64,000 bases of DNA from Alphaproteobacteria bacterium (GTDB lineage: Bacteria; Pseudomonadota; Alphaproteobacteria; Bin95). The stretch lies in the NCBI GenBank assembly GCA_965205265.1, contig CBDBGH010000003.1, positions 1,728,001-1,792,000 on the forward strand, in the 5' to 3' direction. Position numbers and translations under genes: made by a program. Below the pieces are notes generated by a model. It was not told where the DNA came from. It was given only the letters and a program-made list of their open reading frames with translations, and made no database searches. Positions 1 through 8,392 of this stretch are shown here, in pieces; within the stretch, counting starts at the first letter, position 1; every line of letters begins with the position of its first letter.

Positions 1-28
1 TATCCGACCGGTTTGAAACGGGCGGCGG

Positions 29-545
29 CCCTTCGACAGGCTCCGCCGTCATGCCCGGACTTGTTCCACGGCTGTCCGGTTTAGATTTGGGGGACAGAGC
101 GCATGGCTTGGATTCAAGCGGGTTTCCAAGGGTCTGGTCGAACCGGGACTCCGATCGACGCCCGGCGCGCCGCCCCTCTTCATCGTCATGCCCTCATATC
201 GTCATGCCCGGACTTGTTCCGGGCATCCATGCGGCCGCCGCGATGGCCCCGACGGAGATGCCCGGAACAAGTCCGGGCATGACGGAGGAGGGCGTTCGGG
301 CACAGCGCGCGGAGGCCGTTCGGACACGATGGAGGGAAGCGGACCGGAGACACCGCGCGCGCCCAAAAAACTCCGGACCGGCCCGGCCCAATGATGGAAC
401 CGGACAGCAATGGAACAAGTCCGGGTATGACGATGTGAGGGCGGGCATGACGGCGGCGCCTGTCCTGAGCCTGCCGAAGGTACCCGGGGCGGGGCTCCGG
501 GACCTCCCTCATCCCGGGTAGCCGCGAAGCGGCGTGTCGAAGGAG
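29..545. repeat. Stack of nested REP-like palindromes and a MITE-like element
   Basis: GTCATGCCCGGACTTGTTCC at 48-67 and 201-220, with inverted copies in 257-283 and 412-432. CCTTCGACAGGCTC (30-43) pairs with GAGCCTGCCGAAGG (467-480). CCTCATCCCGGGTAGCCGCGAAGCGGCGTGTCGAAGGA at ~507-544. Lies in the non-coding region downstream of the MetE-like gene. Confidence 0.85.
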
Positions 546-581
546 CTTGCCGAACGGACGGCAGGACAACCCGGACGGCCG

Positions 582-1739
582 CTACGTCATCCCCAGCCGC
601 CCGCTCGCGATGCGGGCGCCTTCGGCCATGCTGCGGAGCTTGGCCCAGACCACGTCTTCCGGCACCCGGCCCATGCCGGCGGAGGTGTCGAAGCCGCAGT
701 CCGTGCCGGCCTGGATGCGCGCCGGATCGCCGACGGCGCGAGCCGCGCGCTCAAGCCTTTCGGCGATGGTTTCCGGGTGCTCGACATAGTTGGTCGTGGT
801 GTCGATCACGCCCGCGACCAGATACTGGTCCGGGGCCAGCGGCGTGCGGCGCAGCTCCTCGACCTCGTGCTGATGGCGGGGATTGGCGAAGGGCAGCACC
901 AGCCCGCCGACATCGGCCTCGAGCAGGATCGGCAGCACGTCGCGAAGCTCGACATCCATGTCGTGCGGCCCTTCGTAGTTCCCCCAGCAGACATGCAGCC
1001 GCACCCGCTCGCGCGGCACATTGGCGAGCGCGCCGTTCAGCGTCTCGACCACAAGCTCCACCCAATCCCGGAAGGCGCGGAGCGGTTCGTCGGCGAACAG
1101 AAAATGGCGCTCCATCGCAAGGTCCGGCGCATCGATCTGCAACAGCCATCCGTTCTCCACAATTGCTTCGTATTCGACCCTGAGCGCCTCCGCGACATCG
1201 GCCAGATAGGCATTCCGGTCGGCATAGTGCCCGCTCTTCATGGCCGAGACCACGATGCCCGGCGAGGCCGCCGTCATGAAGGGCTGCCCGAAGCCGCCTC
1301 CCGCCCTTTCCAGCGCCAGGCGGAAGGTCTCGCACTCGTCTTCGAGCGGCCCCCGGTCCACATAGCGGACGGCGCCGAGGTTCATCGGCGGCTCCATGTT
1401 GGAGACCGCTTCGGCGCGCACGCGCAGGAAGGTCTCGTATTCGCGCACCAGCCCCGGATAGCGGAACACATCCCGGCGGCCGGGGCGCTTCCAGCTTCCG
1501 CCGAAGCCGCTCATGCGGTGCTGGACATAGAGGAAGAAGCCTTCCCGCTGCTGCTCGCCATTGTTACCGACGGTGACGCCCGCCTCGATCTGCCGGGCGA
1601 CAATGGCGTCGGTCGCCTTCCGTCCGGCCGCTGCCAGGGCGTCCGCGTCCACATGGCCGCCTTGCGCGCGGCGCGCATAGAGGCCGGTGAGTTCCAACGG
1701 CCGGGGCAGGCTGCCGGCATGCGTGGTGGGTATGCCCAT
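582..1739 (-). CDS. Cobalamin-independent methionine synthase II (MetE C-terminal-like) family protein
   Basis: N-terminal [22 protein letters not shown], Zn ligands HVCWGNY and GTDCGF; start moved to MGIPTT (ATG at 1739). Confidence 0.85.
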   Translation of the reverse strand: MGIPTTHAGSLPRPLELTGLYARRAQGGHVDADALAAAGRKATDAIVARQIEAGVTVGNNGEQQREGFFLYVQHRMSGFGGSWKRPGRRDVFRYPGLVREYETFLRVRAEAVSNMEPPMNLGAVRYVDRGPLEDECETFRLALERAGGGFGQPFMTAASPGIVVSAMKSGHYADRNAYLADVAEALRVEYEAIVENGWLLQIDAPDLAMERHFLFADEPLRAFRDWVELVVETLNGALANVPRERVRLHVCWGNYEGPHDMDVELRDVLPILLEADVGGLVLPFANPRHQHEVEELRRTPLAPDQYLVAGVIDTTTNYVEHPETIAERLERAARAVGDPARIQAGTDCGFDTSAGMGRVPEDVVWAKLRSMAEGARIASGRLGMT

Positions 1740-1882
1740 GGATTTCCGGCTCCGGTTTCGGCGGATCGGCAAGGCGCCATGCGCATTCTTCCCGAACGCG
1801 GCGGCGCAAGAAAGGTCCCCTGCCCGCCCGGCCGCCATCCCGGCCGGGCTTGCGCGGGGCGCGGCTTGGGCATACCGTTTTG

Positions 1883-1906
1883 CCGCCCGCAACCGGTTGC
1901 GGGCGG
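1883..1906. promoter_or_regulatory. Perfect 24-bp palindrome in the divergent metE-like/msrB intergenic region
   Basis: CCGCCCGCAACCGGTTGCGGGCGG is its own reverse complement. Confidence 0.45.
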
Positions 1907-1966
1907 AATACGAACGGCAGAACTCTCGACAGGCCGGCATCTTCGATGCGGCCGGTGGTGGACCCC

Positions 1967-2386
1967 ATGACCGACATCCTCGACAGAGCGCCTCCCCGAA
2001 CCGAACTCAGCGACGCCGAATGGCGCAGCCGGCTCACGCCCGAGCAGTACAAGGTGACACGCCGGCACGGCACCGAACGCCCCTTCGCCAACGAGTACCA
2101 CGCCACCAAGACGCCCGGCACCTATCGCTGCATCTGTTGCGATATCCCGCTGTTCGAGAGCCACACCAAATTCGACAGCGGCACCGGCTGGCCGTCCTTC
2201 ACAGCGCCCGTCTCGGCCGAAGCCGTGGCGGAGAAGGTGGATCGAAGCTGGTTCATGACCCGCACGGAGGTGCTTTGCGCCGGATGCGACGCACATCTGG
2301 GCCACGTCTTTCCGGACGGGCCGCCGCCGACGGGGCTCCGCTACTGCATGAACTCCGCCTCCCTGCGCCTGGAGCCTGAAGAGTAA
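1967..2386 (+). CDS. msrB: Peptide-methionine (R)-S-oxide reductase
   Basis: [43 protein letters not shown]. Confidence 0.97.
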   Translation: MTDILDRAPPRTELSDAEWRSRLTPEQYKVTRRHGTERPFANEYHATKTPGTYRCICCDIPLFESHTKFDSGTGWPSFTAPVSAEAVAEKVDRSWFMTRTEVLCAGCDAHLGHVFPDGPPPTGLRYCMNSASLRLEPEE

Positions 2387-2430
2387 CCGCCTGCCCGACC
2401 CGACGACCGAACCCGAGGAAACGCGACCCC

Positions 2431-2751
2431 ATGCTCTACGAACTGCGCACCTACAACGCCGCGCCCGGCAAGATCGATGCGCTCAATGCGCGCTTCCGGG
2501 ACCACACATGCGGCCTCTTCGCCAAGCACGGCATCGGCGTCGCCGGCTTCTGGATCAACCGCGCGGACCCGAACCAGCTGATCTATATCTGCAGCTTCGA
2601 GGACGCGGCGCAGATGGAGAGCGCCTGGGCGTCCTTCCGCGACGATCCCGACTGGCAGAAGGCAAGGGCCGAGAGCGAGCGCGACGGCTCCCTCGTCAGC
2701 TCCATCGAAAGCGTGGTCATGGACCCGACCGACTACTCCCGGATGGCGTGA
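2431..2751 (+). CDS. NIPSNAP family protein
   Basis: YELRTY...PGK...RF...KHG..GFW...F.D.DW pattern, 106 aa. Confidence 0.9.
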   Translation: MLYELRTYNAAPGKIDALNARFRDHTCGLFAKHGIGVAGFWINRADPNQLIYICSFEDAAQMESAWASFRDDPDWQKARAESERDGSLVSSIESVVMDPTDYSRMA

Positions 2752-2778
2752 ACGCCCGACCGCGGAGACAGCCCGGCA

Positions 2779-4257
2779 ATGGCAGGCGCGGCCAAGGACG
2801 CGGCCGAACATCTGGCGAGCCTTGACGACGGACGCGCCGTCTGGCTGGACGGCGCCCGCGTCGAGAACCCCGCCCGCCATCCCGCCTTCCGCAACGCCGT
2901 GCGCTCCGCCGCCGGGCTTTACGGCTACCAGGCCGATCCCGCCAATCTGGAGGCAATGACCTTCCCTTCCCCGACCGGCGGCCGGCGGGTCAACCGCGCC
3001 TGGCAGATGCCGGCCTCGCTGGAGGAGCTCGTGCGCCGCCGCGAGGCCCTGACCGCCTGGGCCGAATGCCATGCCGGCTTCATGGGCCGGGCGCCGGACC
3101 ATCTGGCGTCCGCGGTCACCGGGCAGATCATGGGGCTTGAGGTGTTCGAGGCGCACGACCCGGCCCGCGCGCGCGCCTTCCTCGACTATTTCGTCCATGC
3201 GCGCGACAACGACCTCTACCTCACCTATGTGATCGTCAACCCGCAGCTGGACCGCTCGAAGAGCACGGGCGAGCAGGGAAGCGACAGCCCGATGCTCCGC
3301 ATTGTGGACGAGGACCCGGAAGGGGTGACGGTGCGCGGCGGCAAGATGCTCGGCACCGCCGCGGTGCTCGCAAACGAGCTGTTCGTGGCCCACCTCCAGC
3401 CGCTGAAGCCGGACGAGGAGGACTACGCGATCAGCTTCGCGGTCCCGATGGCGGCGAAGGGACTCCGGCTGCTGGCGCGCAAATCCTATGAGGGCCGCGC
3501 GCTCTCCACCTTCGACGACCCGCTCGCCTCGCGCTTCGACGAGAATGACGGGCTGGTCTGGTTCGACGATGTGAAGGTCCCGTGGGAGCGGGTCTTCGTC
3601 CATCGCAGCCCCGCCATGTGCGCGCGCCAGTTCCACGCCACGCCCGGCCATATCTACCAGAACTACCAGGCGCAGATCCGCCTCGCGGTGAAATTCCGGT
3701 TCCTCGTCGGCCTCGCGCGCCGCATCTGCGAGACCATCGGCACGGCGAAGATGCCGCCGGTCGCCGAAACCCTCGGAATGCTGGCCGCGCAGGCGACGGC
3801 GGTCGAGACCATGCTCCACGGCATGGAGGCGAAAGGCCGCCAAAGGGGCCGCTATTTCGTGCCGGACGCACATTCCGTCTATGCCGCCCAGGCCTACTGC
3901 CAGGCGCTCTATCCGCGCATGGTCGAGCGCGTGCGCGGCCTGGCGGGTGGCGCGCTCATCATGCTGCCCTCCTCCGAGCGCGACCTCGCCGACCCCGAGC
4001 TTGCCGGCATCCTGCAAAGCGTCCAGCAATCCGCCGACGGCGCGCCGCCGGTCGAGCGCGTGCGGCTGATGAAGCTCGCCTGGGACGCGCTCGGCTCCGA
4101 ATTCGCGGGCCGACAGACGCAATACGAGATGTTCTATGCCGGCGCGCCCTTCGTCACGCGCGGGCACAGCTTCCGCACCTATGACTGGGAGGGGGCCGAA
4201 GCGCTGGTCGCGGCCGTCTCCGATTCCGCTGCCGAAACGAGGTCCGAACGGCCATGA
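2779..4257 (+). CDS. 4-hydroxyphenylacetate 3-hydroxylase (HpaB-like) flavin monooxygenase
   Basis: L.DGR.VW.DG.RV..HPAF, MGRAPDH, NPQ.DRS, SRFDEND, V.VPWERVF, WDALGSEFAGRQTQYEMFYAG. Confidence 0.9.
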   Translation: MAGAAKDAAEHLASLDDGRAVWLDGARVENPARHPAFRNAVRSAAGLYGYQADPANLEAMTFPSPTGGRRVNRAWQMPASLEELVRRREALTAWAECHAGFMGRAPDHLASAVTGQIMGLEVFEAHDPARARAFLDYFVHARDNDLYLTYVIVNPQLDRSKSTGEQGSDSPMLRIVDEDPEGVTVRGGKMLGTAAVLANELFVAHLQPLKPDEEDYAISFAVPMAAKGLRLLARKSYEGRALSTFDDPLASRFDENDGLVWFDDVKVPWERVFVHRSPAMCARQFHATPGHIYQNYQAQIRLAVKFRFLVGLARRICETIGTAKMPPVAETLGMLAAQATAVETMLHGMEAKGRQRGRYFVPDAHSVYAAQAYCQALYPRMVERVRGLAGGALIMLPSSERDLADPELAGILQSVQQSADGAPPVERVRLMKLAWDALGSEFAGRQTQYEMFYAGAPFVTRGHSFRTYDWEGAEALVAAVSDSAAETRSERP

Positions 4258-5381
4258 AATTCAGTTTTTCCGAGGAGCAGACCGAGTTCCGGAACATGCT
4301 CCGCCGGTTCCTCAACGACCGCTCGCCGACGGCCGAAGTGCGCCGGGTCATGGAAACCGAGTCCGGCTACGATGCGGAGGTGTGGCGGGTGATGGCGGAG
4401 GAGCTGGGCGTCGCCGCAATCCATATCCCCGAGGCCTATGGCGGGGCCGGCTTCGGCGTCTCGGAGCTTGCCATCGCCGCCGAGGAAGCGGGCCGCGCGC
4501 TCCTGCCCTCGCCCTTTTTCGGATCGACCGTCATGGCCGCGACCGCCATTGCCGAGGCCGGGACCGACGCCCAGAAGCAGGCCCTCCTGCCCGGCATCGC
4601 CAGCGGCGCGACGATTGCCGCGCTCGCCGCCGCCGAACCCGGAACCGGCTGGAACGCCGACGCCTTCACGGCGGCCGCGCGCGCCGACAACGGCTCCTGG
4701 CGGCTTACCGGGCGCAAGAGCTATGTGCTGGACGGCATGGCCGCGGACCTTGTCGTGGCGGCGGCGCGGCTGCCGGAAGGCGGGCTCGGCCTGTTCAGCC
4801 TGCCGGCGGAGAGCGAGGGGCTTGCGCGCCGGCCGCTGCAATCCATGGACCCGACGCGCCGGCTCGCGCAGATGGACTTCGACGACGCCCCGGCGGAATT
4901 GCTCGGCGGGCCGGAGGCCGGCGGGCCCGCCTGGGCGCGGACGCTCGACATCGCCGCCGTCTGCCTCGCCGGCGAGATGGTCGGCGGCGCGGAGCGGCTG
5001 CGCGAGGACGCGCTCGAATATGTCTCCATGCGGATGCAGTTCGGCCGCTCCATCGCCTCCTTCCAGGTCACCAAGCACAAGGCGGCGGACATGTTGCTGG
5101 AGGTCGAGCTCGCCAAGGCCGCCGCCTACTATGCCGCCGCCGCGGCCGACGATGATGACGAGGTGGACCAGCCGCTTGCCGCGCTCGCCTCGCTCGCCAA
5201 GGCCGCCGCCTCCGACACCTACATGCAGACCGCCATCCACGCCGTGCAAATGCATGGCGGCATCGGCTTCACCCACGACAACGACACACAGCTCTGGTTC
5301 AAGCGCGCAAAGGCGAGCGAGGTCTTCCTCGGCAGCGCCGCCGACCACCGCGAACGCATGCTGCAGCACTGGAACGCCTGA
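4254..5381 (+). CDS. Acyl-CoA dehydrogenase family protein (short, beta-type subunit)
   Basis: FSEEQ, IPEAYGGAG, R.QFGR.IASFQ..KH, QMHGGIGFT; overlaps the upstream stop (ATGA). Confidence 0.9.
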   Translation: MKFSFSEEQTEFRNMLRRFLNDRSPTAEVRRVMETESGYDAEVWRVMAEELGVAAIHIPEAYGGAGFGVSELAIAAEEAGRALLPSPFFGSTVMAATAIAEAGTDAQKQALLPGIASGATIAALAAAEPGTGWNADAFTAAARADNGSWRLTGRKSYVLDGMAADLVVAAARLPEGGLGLFSLPAESEGLARRPLQSMDPTRRLAQMDFDDAPAELLGGPEAGGPAWARTLDIAAVCLAGEMVGGAERLREDALEYVSMRMQFGRSIASFQVTKHKAADMLLEVELAKAAAYYAAAAADDDDEVDQPLAALASLAKAAASDTYMQTAIHAVQMHGGIGFTHDNDTQLWFKRAKASEVFLGSAADHRERMLQHWNA

Positions 5382-5382
5382 C

Positions 5383-6639
5383 ATGACCGACATGACCGAA
5401 GACGAAATCCGCGCCGAAGTCCGCGAATGGCTCCTGGAGAACTGGGACCCGGACCGGGGCCTTGTCGAGTGGCGCAACATGCTCATCGAGTCCGGCTGGG
5501 GCGTGCCGCACTGGCCGCATGAATGGCACGGGCGCGGCCTGCCCGTCGGCATGACGCCGGTAGTCGAGGAGGAGTTCGACAGGCTGGGCGCGGTCGGAGT
5601 CGCCAAGATGGGCATCCGCACGCTCGCCGCCGCCACGATCCTCGAACACGGCACCGACCTGCACAAAGAGCGCTTCCTGCGCGGCATCCTCACCGGCGAG
5701 GAAACCTGGTGCCAGCTCTTCAGCGAGCCCGGCAGCGGCTCGGACCTCGCCGGCGCCGTGACGCGCGCCGATTTCCGGGACGGGAAGTGGGTCATCAACG
5801 GCCAGAAGGTCTGGAACACCAGCGCCCACCACGCCGATTTCGGCCTGCTGCTGGCGCGCACGGACTGGGACGCGGTCAAGCATCAGGGCCTCAGCTATTT
5901 CCTGCTCGACATGCGCCAGCCGGGCGTCCAGGTCCACCAGCTCAGGCAGATGAACGGCCATGCCTCCTTCAACCAGGTCTTCTTCACCGACGCCGTGGTG
6001 GAGCCGGAATACCGGATCGGCGGGCTCGGCGAAGGCTGGAAGGTCGCGACGACCACGCTCATGCACGAGCGGCGGGGCGCGGACGGCGTGCGCCGCTACG
6101 CCACCGGCAGCGACCGGCCGGGGCGCATCTACGAGGAGGAGCGCGCCGAGGTCGCGACCGTCATGGCGCCCTATGTCTGGTATCCGCAGCGCACCGGCCG
6201 CGCCGACCTGCTGATCAAGCGCGCGAAGGCGGCGGGGCGCTGGGACGACCGGGCGGTAAGGCAGGAGGTCGCGAAGGCGCTGACGCTCGCCCGGACCGCG
6301 GAATGGACCGCGCGGCGCGCCCGCGAGGCGCAGCAGCTAGGGCTGCCGCAGGGGCCCGAGGGGTCCATCGGCAAGCTCGCCGCCAGCATCGTCGCCCGCG
6401 CCTGCGCGAAGGCCCACACCATGATCGCCGGCCCCGACGCCATGCTGACCGGCGAGGACGACGGCACGGACGGCGTGGTGGCCGAAATCCTGGTCTCGAC
6501 CCCGGCGATCTCGATTGCCGGCGGCACGGACGAGATCCAGCGCAACATCATCTCGGAGCGCATCCTCTCCATGCCAAAGGAGGCCCGCCACGACACCGAC
6601 CGCCCCTTCCGCGACGTGCCGCGGAACCAGGTCGGCTGA
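5383..6639 (+). CDS. Acyl-CoA dehydrogenase family protein (alpha-type subunit)
   Basis: WCQLFSEPGSGSDLAG, NGQKVWNTSAH, FNQVFF, IAGGTDEIQRNII; start MTDMTE at 5383. Confidence 0.9.
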   Translation: MTDMTEDEIRAEVREWLLENWDPDRGLVEWRNMLIESGWGVPHWPHEWHGRGLPVGMTPVVEEEFDRLGAVGVAKMGIRTLAAATILEHGTDLHKERFLRGILTGEETWCQLFSEPGSGSDLAGAVTRADFRDGKWVINGQKVWNTSAHHADFGLLLARTDWDAVKHQGLSYFLLDMRQPGVQVHQLRQMNGHASFNQVFFTDAVVEPEYRIGGLGEGWKVATTTLMHERRGADGVRRYATGSDRPGRIYEEERAEVATVMAPYVWYPQRTGRADLLIKRAKAAGRWDDRAVRQEVAKALTLARTAEWTARRAREAQQLGLPQGPEGSIGKLAASIVARACAKAHTMIAGPDAMLTGEDDGTDGVVAEILVSTPAISIAGGTDEIQRNIISERILSMPKEARHDTDRPFRDVPRNQVG

Positions 6640-6649
6640 CGCGCGGCTC

Positions 6650-8389
6650 TTATCCCGGCTGCCGCCTGCGCTCGCGGAGGCGCCGGGTCGCGTCGGCATC
6701 GACGGTCATCGTCGCCCGGTCGATGACGACGCCGTAGTCCTGCTCGGCGCTTTCGATCGACACATAGCCCTGCTCGACATCGGCGAGCACCCGTTCGGGC
6801 TCGCGCTCGAACGGGTCGCCATAGCCGCCCCCGCCGCTCAGCACGAACCGCACGCGGTCGCCGGGGGCGAGACGCCGATAGACCCCGTGGTCCACCGCCC
6901 CGCCGTTGTGCCAGAGGCCGCTGCCGCGCCCGTTCCGGCCGCCGAGGCGGCCGAACACCGGGAAGGGGCCGTCCTCGGTGCGGCCGCTGAGGCGCACCGA
7001 GCTCTCGACATCCCGGGCGCGCTCGCTGCCGCCGTCGAGGATGGCGAACTCGATCTCCTGGCCGAGCCCGCCCCGGTTGCGGCCCGGCCCTCCCGAATCC
7101 GCGAGAAGCTCCTTGCGGACATAGTACATCCGCGCCTCGTTCTCGGTCACCTCGACGGGAATGTTGCGGGTGTTGTTGGGGAAGCAGAGGCAGGCATAGC
7201 CGTCATGGCGGGCGCTCGCGCCGAAACCGCCGCTGTGCTGCGCGATGGCGAGGAACGACCGGCCGTCCGCGTGGCGGCCGTGGAGATAGACCTCGTTGGC
7301 CGGTGAGCCGCCGTTCGAGGCGAGTACGGTCTCCGGCATGACGGCCTCCATCGTCGCGAAGACGATCTCGGGAAAGAGGTGCGAGATCATCGTCCGGCCC
7401 CAGGTGGCGGCGGGCGGGCGCGAATTGACGACGGTGCCCTCCGGGGCAATCACCTCGATGGGCCTGAGCCCGCCTTCATTGTTCGGCACATCGGGGTCGA
7501 GCGCGAGCTTGATCGGGTAGGCGGTGTAGGAGCGGGTCATGTTGTAGGAGCAGTTGATCGCCGCCCCGACCTCGCCCGACGAGCCCGAGTAATCGACGGC
7601 GATCCCGTCGCCCGCCACCGTAACCTCGATCTTCACCACGACCTCGTCGTCGCAGCCCGGAACCTTCGGAAGCACCGCCACATTGCGGTAGGACCCGTCG
7701 GGCAGCGCCGCAATCCTGCGCCGGAGGCTCGACTCGGTGCGGTGGATGACCTCGGCCCCGAGCGCCTCCAGCCCGTCCAGCCGGTATTCCTCGAGCAGCG
7801 CCTTCAGGCCCCGCGCGCAGACATTGTTGGCGACGAGCTGCGCGCGGACATCGCCCAGCACCTTGTCCGGCACCCGGATATTGGCCCGCATGAAGTCGAA
7901 CACGGTCTCGTTCAGCCGCCCTTCGTCGAAGAGCTTGAGGATCGGGATTTTCAGCCCCTCCTCGTACATGTCCTTCGATTCGAGCGTGGACATCCGCCCG
8001 CCCATGTCGAGATGGTGGACGATGCACAGCGTGTAGCCCACGATCCGGCCGCGGTGAAAAATCGGGGCCGCGATCGAGATGTCGATGAGGTGGCCGCTCG
8101 CGATCCACGGGTCGTTGGTGATGATGGCGTCGCCGGGCCTGAGCGTCTCGGGAGGGTATTTCGCGATGAAATTGCGCAGCACTTCGGGAACGATGCCGAG
8201 GAACCCCGCCGTCGTGACCGTCGAGTGGGACAGCATCCGCGCGTCGGCGTCGAACAGCGCGCAGCAGAAGTCGTGATACTCCTTCACGGACGGGGTATAG
8301 GCGGTGCGCATCAGCCCGGTCGCCGCCTCATCCACGATGGTGATAAGGCGGTTCCAGAGAATCTGGATGGTGACGGGGTCGAGCTGCAT
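6650..8389 (-). CDS. Hydantoinase B/oxoprolinase family protein
   Basis: LDPVT.QI..NRL, NDPW..GHL.D, HH.DMGG, EEGL.IP, GGGGYGDP. Confidence 0.92.
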   Translation of the reverse strand: MQLDPVTIQILWNRLITIVDEAATGLMRTAYTPSVKEYHDFCCALFDADARMLSHSTVTTAGFLGIVPEVLRNFIAKYPPETLRPGDAIITNDPWIASGHLIDISIAAPIFHRGRIVGYTLCIVHHLDMGGRMSTLESKDMYEEGLKIPILKLFDEGRLNETVFDFMRANIRVPDKVLGDVRAQLVANNVCARGLKALLEEYRLDGLEALGAEVIHRTESSLRRRIAALPDGSYRNVAVLPKVPGCDDEVVVKIEVTVAGDGIAVDYSGSSGEVGAAINCSYNMTRSYTAYPIKLALDPDVPNNEGGLRPIEVIAPEGTVVNSRPPAATWGRTMISHLFPEIVFATMEAVMPETVLASNGGSPANEVYLHGRHADGRSFLAIAQHSGGFGASARHDGYACLCFPNNTRNIPVEVTENEARMYYVRKELLADSGGPGRNRGGLGQEIEFAILDGGSERARDVESSVRLSGRTEDGPFPVFGRLGGRNGRGSGLWHNGGAVDHGVYRRLAPGDRVRFVLSGGGGYGDPFEREPERVLADVEQGYVSIESAEQDYGVVIDRATMTVDADATRRLRERRRQPG

Positions 8390-8392
8390 CGG

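Noticed and set aside
29-545. Repeats read as a CRISPR array, or the short ORFs here read as genes
   Set aside because: The repeats are inverted and nested with no regular repeat-spacer period, and no cas genes are present. The ORFs are translations of palindromes (MPGLVPG/MPGTSPG).
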